Virus record (IMG/VR): IMGVR_UViG_3300027790_000053
Location: 1 to 37,780 of that record
Strand: one strand, 5' to 3'
Origin: a virus
Taxonomy: Duplodnaviria; Caudoviricetes
DNA length: 37,780 nucleotides
How positions within the stretch are numbered: the first letter of the stretch is position 1; each line of letters opens with the position of its first letter. The notes beneath the pieces were generated by a model that worked only from the letters and a program-made list of their open reading frames with translations, had not been told where the DNA came from and did no database searches. Below, one piece after another: positions 32,800 to 37,780 of the stretch. Both the position numbers and the translations under genes were made by a program.

Positions 32800-34607
32800 C
32801 GTTCTCCATCGGGCTGCGCCCTGACACGGATATCTCCAAGGCGGAAATTAGCGTTAGCCACAGTGCATGTTACAGTAAGATTCATTTGCCGCCCTCTAAG
32901 GCGCACACTTTTCTTGCCTGTCATAGTGTTCACGTTGAAAGGCCCCTTCTTGGAAAACTCAGCAGCTTGAGGGTACTTCTTGGATTCAAGGAAGAATTTA
33001 ACGCTGTCTGTCTGGTCAACATCAGGGACAAACTGGTCTACAAACATCATCTGGTCGCCGTCTTCTATCTGGACCGCGCCTGACTGCAAGAAGGCGCCCA
33101 GAATGCTTGTTCTATCGTCGTACCCACTTTCATGCGTGTAAAGGGACGAGGACACAGAGGCCGCTGTGGTAGCAAGAGGGTTAGCGTAGAGCTTGGTGCC
33201 TGTCCAGGTTGTGCGTGTGAGGTTCCCATCATACCAGGTATTTTCAGAGTAGTTATGGATGATATAACGAGAGTTCTCTTTGTTACTCCCGGCAGGATAA
33301 AACCACCATATCTCTGAGAACTCTGTGTTCACTCCACAGAATGTCTTTTCTTTTTGATTCAGGTTCAAACGGTAGGGATGACTTTGAGAGAACACGGCTT
33401 CGTCCAATGTGCTGTTAAGCTGTCTTACCGTACCATCATAAACGTAGAAAGACCCCTCAGACATCCAGTAAAGAATCCCGTTAAGGTCCACCCCTGCATT
33501 CATCCCTGCAATCCCGCAGTTCGACCCCAATCGGCTAAACCCGTAGTAATCAGGAGGCCCCACATAGTTCATGGAATACGCACCTTCATCTGTGAAGATA
33601 ACGTGCTCTTTCTTTGAATCCAAAGCGCCTACTATTTCAGAGCCAATAGGAAGCCTGTAATCCCCCGCACCATTTGTAGCCGCCGCTGTCCACTCGGTAT
33701 AATCCTCTGTATCAGACCAGCGGACAAGCATGGGATCAAAGTTTCCCCCGGCAACACAAGTGCCGCAAAGGACAACCTGGCGCGAAGGGTTACTGAGGAA
33801 CATCACGTTATTCTTTGTCGGTGCATTGTTCACAATGGAGGCTCGCCCGCCCGCAGATGTCTCTCTGTAATACAAAGAACCATTCTTCTGGCACGCAATA
33901 AGATCTTCACCCCAGTTATCCAAGGTCCATTGTCGCAAGGCTCTGGCTACACCCCCGCTGCCTGCCTCGCCCCAATTACCATCACCCCAGGGATCAGAGC
34001 CCCACCCAAATAAAGCCCCATTGGATTTAAGACCCGCTGTAATAAGGAATTGAAAAGAAGCGGAAACATTGCCTTCCGCCGTGTATGTGCTTGTGGCAAC
34101 TTCGGATGAGGGCAAGGAGACATCAAAGTGATTCGTACCTGCCGAGACAATGCGGTAGTGCCCTGCGGAAACTGTTTGTCCCCCATCGGTAAGCTCGACA
34201 GAGGAGTTTATGTAGAGAAGGTCATTTGCTTGTGCGCCGTGCGCGACCAGAGAGACATTAACTACGTTAGACCCGGCTGTTCCCGAGAAAGCAGAGGCGT
34301 GGGCAACAGATGCCCGAAGAGGCGTGATGTCTTCCCATGTACCGCCCTTATCAACCCAAAGGCTGTTATGCGTTCCCAAGGCTACATATTTGGAGCCGTC
34401 TAGCGCCGCCCAAGGATGGATAGCCCTGCCTACACCGTGGTACCAGGTCGCTGTATCGCGCTCTTCCCAGCCACCTATCTTCTCGGCATACCCGGAAGAG
34501 AACCTGACTTTATCCGCAGAGGTCCAAGACCCCTCAGCTTGATACTGAGTGACATTGCGGTTAATCCCCGGCTGTATATTAAGTTTTTTGAGAACCCCTT
34601 CGCTCAT
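32796..34607 (-). CDS. Tail hub / packaged-DNA stabilization protein (P22 gp10-like)
   Basis: PGINR..T.Y..EG.W...DKVRF..G..EKIGGW, W.LDNWGEDL, VRWSD.ED..W....N.AG..RL, EIWWFYP, RLRGRQ, R..PDGER; beta-propeller-like. Confidence 0.85.
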   Translation of the reverse strand: MSEGVLKKLNIQPGINRNVTQYQAEGSWTSADKVRFSSGYAEKIGGWEERDTATWYHGVGRAIHPWAALDGSKYVALGTHNSLWVDKGGTWEDITPLRASVAHASAFSGTAGSNVVNVSLVAHGAQANDLLYINSSVELTDGGQTVSAGHYRIVSAGTNHFDVSLPSSEVATSTYTAEGNVSASFQFLITAGLKSNGALFGWGSDPWGDGNWGEAGSGGVARALRQWTLDNWGEDLIACQKNGSLYYRETSAGGRASIVNNAPTKNNVMFLSNPSRQVVLCGTCVAGGNFDPMLVRWSDTEDYTEWTAAATNGAGDYRLPIGSEIVGALDSKKEHVIFTDEGAYSMNYVGPPDYYGFSRLGSNCGIAGMNAGVDLNGILYWMSEGSFYVYDGTVRQLNSTLDEAVFSQSHPYRLNLNQKEKTFCGVNTEFSEIWWFYPAGSNKENSRYIIHNYSENTWYDGNLTRTTWTGTKLYANPLATTAASVSSSLYTHESGYDDRTSILGAFLQSGAVQIEDGDQMMFVDQFVPDVDQTDSVKFFLESKKYPQAAEFSKKGPFNVNTMTGKKSVRLRGRQMNLTVTCTVANANFRLGDIRVRAQPDGER

Positions 34608-34616
34608 GGGGCCCCC

Positions 34617-35486
34617 TTACTGCGTTTCGCCTTGGAAGAAGTACCATGCGTGACTGTTGGAACCCTCCTGCTTCACTACCATTAGTGCAGCGCCTGATCC
34701 ATAGTTATTCAATCCCGTATGTCCTGATGTGTTTACCAGGGAGGTGCTGGTAGGTGCGGAAATCGCAACGGTAACACCAAGGGCAATAAGAGTTGTGTTC
34801 CAGCCCACAGGAAGGGCCTTGTTAAGGTTCAAGTTCATGGACGTAGCGTTTTGCAACACCCAGACCTTGCCTGTATCAGCAGAGGTGAAGGTAAAGGCGC
34901 CCGTGGTTGTTTCCACTGAGACCGTGTAGTTTGTAATCACGTTGCCTGCGAAGTTATTATTTGCGTCAAGACGGGCAACAGAACTAGCTATTGTTTTCGA
35001 GACAGTGCCGAGCTCTGTGCGGATGCTTGTCAGGTCATCTCGCAGCGCCGCTGAGACTTGCGAGGTTACGTTCATTTGCCGGGCTACTTCAAAGACATTG
35101 GTGCCATCTGTGTGTACCAGACCCATGAAGTCCGAAGGGATTTTAAGGGCTGTTCCTGCGTCTGCTTCTACGCGCACGCGCACGGAGGCGCTATTAGAGA
35201 TGTTATTCCTGATCATGTAGTTCTTGCCTACATTCGGAACATACACTGCGATATTAGAGGTAGGAGCGCCCGTAAAGACCAGCACAGCGTTTCTCGACTC
35301 GTCAACTACCCCGTTAGCCTGTGATAAGGTAATACCCCCTGCCGAAGTAAGATCTACTGAAACGAGACCTGCTATAGAGTCTTCAAGAAGGGAAAAGACG
35401 GTATTGGCCTTGGTTCCCCAAGTATCCTGGTTTTCACCTGTTGCCTGAAGTTCTAGTCTAAGTTGTCCTGAATATGTGCTCGCCAT
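34617..35486 (-). CDS. Tail fiber/baseplate-like protein
   Basis: MASTYS..LRLELQATGEN..TWG.K.N N-terminus common to podovirus tail proteins; Ser/Thr-rich. Confidence 0.75.
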   Translation of the reverse strand: MASTYSGQLRLELQATGENQDTWGTKANTVFSLLEDSIAGLVSVDLTSAGGITLSQANGVVDESRNAVLVFTGAPTSNIAVYVPNVGKNYMIRNNISNSASVRVRVEADAGTALKIPSDFMGLVHTDGTNVFEVARQMNVTSQVSAALRDDLTSIRTELGTVSKTIASSVARLDANNNFAGNVITNYTVSVETTTGAFTFTSADTGKVWVLQNATSMNLNLNKALPVGWNTTLIALGVTVAISAPTSTSLVNTSGHTGLNNYGSGAALMVVKQEGSNSHAWYFFQGETQ

Positions 35487-36155
35487 TTAGTTTTGTCCTG
35501 CAAGTGTATTGTTGACCTGGTGCGGGTTAGAGAGAGGTTCCCCTGAATCTCTCCGCGCTCTTCGGCCTTCGTTATTAGCCCCTTGGACGGCTTCCATGTA
35601 TTTAGCATCCCATAACTGTACTTGGCTCCACTGCTTGGAAAACTTGGACATCTCAGCCATAGAGCCGTAGAAGAGAGCGTTGGGGTAGGAGGCTGTCAGG
35701 GTATTCACTGAACTGCCCGCTGTAAGCTTTGTAGGCTGCTTCTCGTAAGTCATAACAACCTGAGAGTTGGCTTGTGGGGTAGGTGCGATAAGGAACGTGC
35801 TAACATCCGCGTCTGCATAGTAAACAGGCTCAGCGGTAGATGTCTCGTAAGGCCAATAAACATCACAATACCCGCGCGTTCTCTTCCTTAGAAGCCTGCG
35901 ATCTCCTGAGGATGTCTTGAAAAGTATCTCATGCCCCAAGCGATACCCTGAAGGCTTGCCTAAAAACCGAGAGCCCTGTGTTAGAGAAACAGTGGTTTGT
36001 ACGAGGAAAAGCTGTGAATCCAGTTCTCGCGCCAAGCGGTCCTCTGTCAGACCAATGGCTGTGGGGATATACGCCCGGAATTCCGCAGAATCGTCCTCAG
36101 TGACGTTTACAACTGCAGATACCAGAGTAGTATAATTAGAGATAACTTCGGCCAT
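35487..36155 (-). CDS. Head-tail adaptor (gp4/gp11-like)
   Basis: NYTTL...V..., IPT.I.L.E.RL.REL, P.YYA......F.IAPTP, YPNALFYG, Y..A...NNE..R.RRD. Confidence 0.8.
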   Translation of the reverse strand: MAEVISNYTTLVSAVVNVTEDDSAEFRAYIPTAIGLTEDRLARELDSQLFLVQTTVSLTQGSRFLGKPSGYRLGHEILFKTSSGDRRLLRKRTRGYCDVYWPYETSTAEPVYYADADVSTFLIAPTPQANSQVVMTYEKQPTKLTAGSSVNTLTASYPNALFYGSMAEMSKFSKQWSQVQLWDAKYMEAVQGANNEGRRARRDSGEPLSNPHQVNNTLAGQN

Positions 36156-36204
36156 GTCCTAAGTTTATCACAGGGCTCGCCCTTAGGCGATACATGGCAA
36201 AAGC

Positions 36205-37071
36205 CTAGCTTCCCGTGAAATCATCAAGGCGAATAGAGATAGAAATGGCATCTAGTGTCGTATCTCCATCGGACGTATTCACAATAGTTGTTGTTCCACT
36301 CCAAGTAGCATCTGTTTCGGACCCTACAGAGAAAGTGTACTCAAACTGGATGGTGTCATTGTTTGTAACGGTAAATGAGACAAGCTCTGCCTCGTTAAAG
36401 GTTGCAACAGTGCCAGCATTGACTAGAACCTTACCAGAGGCTGTCGCCCCACCCACCCCTGCGTTAATAGTAATTGCCGGAGAGGTAAACTCAAGGGTGA
36501 GCGTAGTATCAATACCAGTGATTGTCTCAGTGCTGGTAGACTCAGTCTGTGTTGTATCTACAGCATCGTAGCTAATCCCGGTCCAACTAATAGCATTGGG
36601 TGTCTTGTCAAAGACCGTATTAGAGATTGCTTCTAGTTTGTAGTACCCTGTGTCTTGGATTGTCTGTGTTGCAACATCTCTGACTTCTATCTTTAAGACA
36701 ATATCCATAGTACTATTATTCTGGAAGTTATTAAGGAGTTCATAGGTCCTGTTTGAACTTAGGGCTTGCCATGAATTAAGTGTCCCAGTAGAGAGGCTGG
36801 ACTCAGATCCACTTGATTTAGTTGCTCGTATCTCATAGAGAGCCCCCGGACTGGCCGACGCAGGATCTGCCCAATCATCGTGACTTAGGGTATAAGAGTC
36901 TCCTTGTCGAATATCAGTAGTACCATCGGTATTAAATCTGAAACCCGCTTCGGCTCTTGCATCTGTATCAGTGTTGGTGGCTTCCTCAGGTGTTCCTAAA
37001 GTTCCAAGCAGGCTAATAACGTAGACAATGGGTCTTGATCCACTCATCACTCCAATGTTTATTAAAGGCAT
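36205..37071 (-). CDS. Virion structural protein (beta-rich, acidic, Thr/Ser-rich)
   Basis: 288 aa; AGGAG RBS; two Ig-like beta regions by composition; located in the tail module. Confidence 0.65.
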   Translation of the reverse strand: MPLINIGVMSGSRPIVYVISLLGTLGTPEEATNTDTDARAEAGFRFNTDGTTDIRQGDSYTLSHDDWADPASASPGALYEIRATKSSGSESSLSTGTLNSWQALSSNRTYELLNNFQNNSTMDIVLKIEVRDVATQTIQDTGYYKLEAISNTVFDKTPNAISWTGISYDAVDTTQTESTSTETITGIDTTLTLEFTSPAITINAGVGGATASGKVLVNAGTVATFNEAELVSFTVTNNDTIQFEYTFSVGSETDATWSGTTTIVNTSDGDTTLDAISISIRLDDFTGS

Positions 37072-37080
37072 TTTATTCTC

Positions 37081-37780
37081 CTATGCACAACTTACTTGCC
37101 ACTCAAACAAAGCGACTTCATGGTTATTAGACGCGGTTACGTTAGGAAGACTTGAAACCGAGAAGCCTGTTCTTGCCGCGTCAGACCCTTGCAAATGGTG
37201 TATGTTTCCAACGGCGGGTGGATTATCCGTTCTTTTCACTGTGTCTTGGACAGATACAGGGATAGCGCCTGCAGAGGCAGGTCTAGAGGTAATAAGCCAG
37301 ATCATAGACTCAGCAGACGAGGGAACATTAGTGCTAACATTTATAGTATAATCTTGGCCAGCAGACGCACCAGTAATCCCGCCAACACTGCTCCTCATAG
37401 TAATTTCTGGGGTGCTTGACCTGAGCTTCCACGAAGAAAGAATAGCCCTAACATCAAGGCCTCCCCCGCCTATGCTTGCTGCAAAATTTACAGAGACCCC
37501 AAGAGAGTCTATGTTAGCAGGAACTTGGTGCTGAAACATATGGTAATACCAAGTACGAAGAGCATTAGCAGTGCATACACCAGCACTGTACAAAGGGGTA
37601 ACTGATGTTCCACTTACAGCAACCCAAGTAATACTTTCACCGTTATCCCTAACTGAATACGTAGTCAAAAAGAGAGCCGGGTAGCTTTCACTCTCGTTGT
37701 AGACACTTACCGAGGTATGAAATTTCTGTGAAAATTCGTCTTTTTCGAAGCTATTTGCTGCCATGAAAGACAAAACACTT
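37081..37780 (-). CDS. C-terminal part of a tail fiber-like protein (5' end probably outside window)
   Basis: The frame stays open to the window edge; Ser/Thr/Val-rich beta composition. Confidence 0.6.
   Translation of the reverse strand, partial: SVLSFMAANSFEKDEFSQKFHTSVSVYNESESYPALFLTTYSVRDNGESITWVAVSGTSVTPLYSAGVCTANALRTWYYHMFQHQVPANIDSLGVSVNFAASIGGGGLDVRAILSSWKLRSSTPEITMRSSVGGITGASAGQDYTINVSTNVPSSAESMIWLITSRPASAGAIPVSVQDTVKRTDNPPAVGNIHHLQGSDAARTGFSVSSLPNVTASNNHEVALFEWQVSCA

Noticed and set aside
1-37780. Alternative genetic code or prophage integration
   Set aside because: Genes are full length under the standard code with all three stops used; no integrase, repressor or host flank is visible.

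Overview
This window is a 37.8-kb piece of a lytic-type tailed podovirus genome. Almost all genes lie on the minus strand. The right half (about 22.5-37.8 kb) is a virion module in P22-like order: tail proteins, head-tail adaptor, gp10-like hub, GNAT, and three large ejection proteins, the last with recognisable P22 gp16 similarity. A repeat- and palindrome-rich non-coding region with a sigma70-type promoter (about 21.0-21.35 kb) separates it from the left half. The left half holds a T7-supergroup replication module (primase-helicase, class II RNR with a LAGLIDADG intein, family A DNA polymerase), a large glycosyltransferase/methyltransferase/radical-SAM cluster and lysis-like membrane genes. 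An alphaproteobacterial host is an inference. The best candidate for an undescribed system is in two greatly enlarged ejection proteins, which are divided into modules by 13-14 copies of a [YF]-x-[DEN]-G-G motif. Two of these copies encode a perfect internal Shine-Dalgarno plus in-frame ATG, and a stand-alone 'D.VPAMLSEGEYV' protein is encoded nearby. Other highlights: a three-hairpin anti-SD (cuckoo-like) sRNA candidate, an intein inserted immediately after the RNR catalytic Cys, an almost Lys-free ejection protein, altered polymerase active-site residues, and several small unannotated ORFs (ArfA-like, SieA-positioned). All family assignments come from motif recognition by eye; no searches were run.
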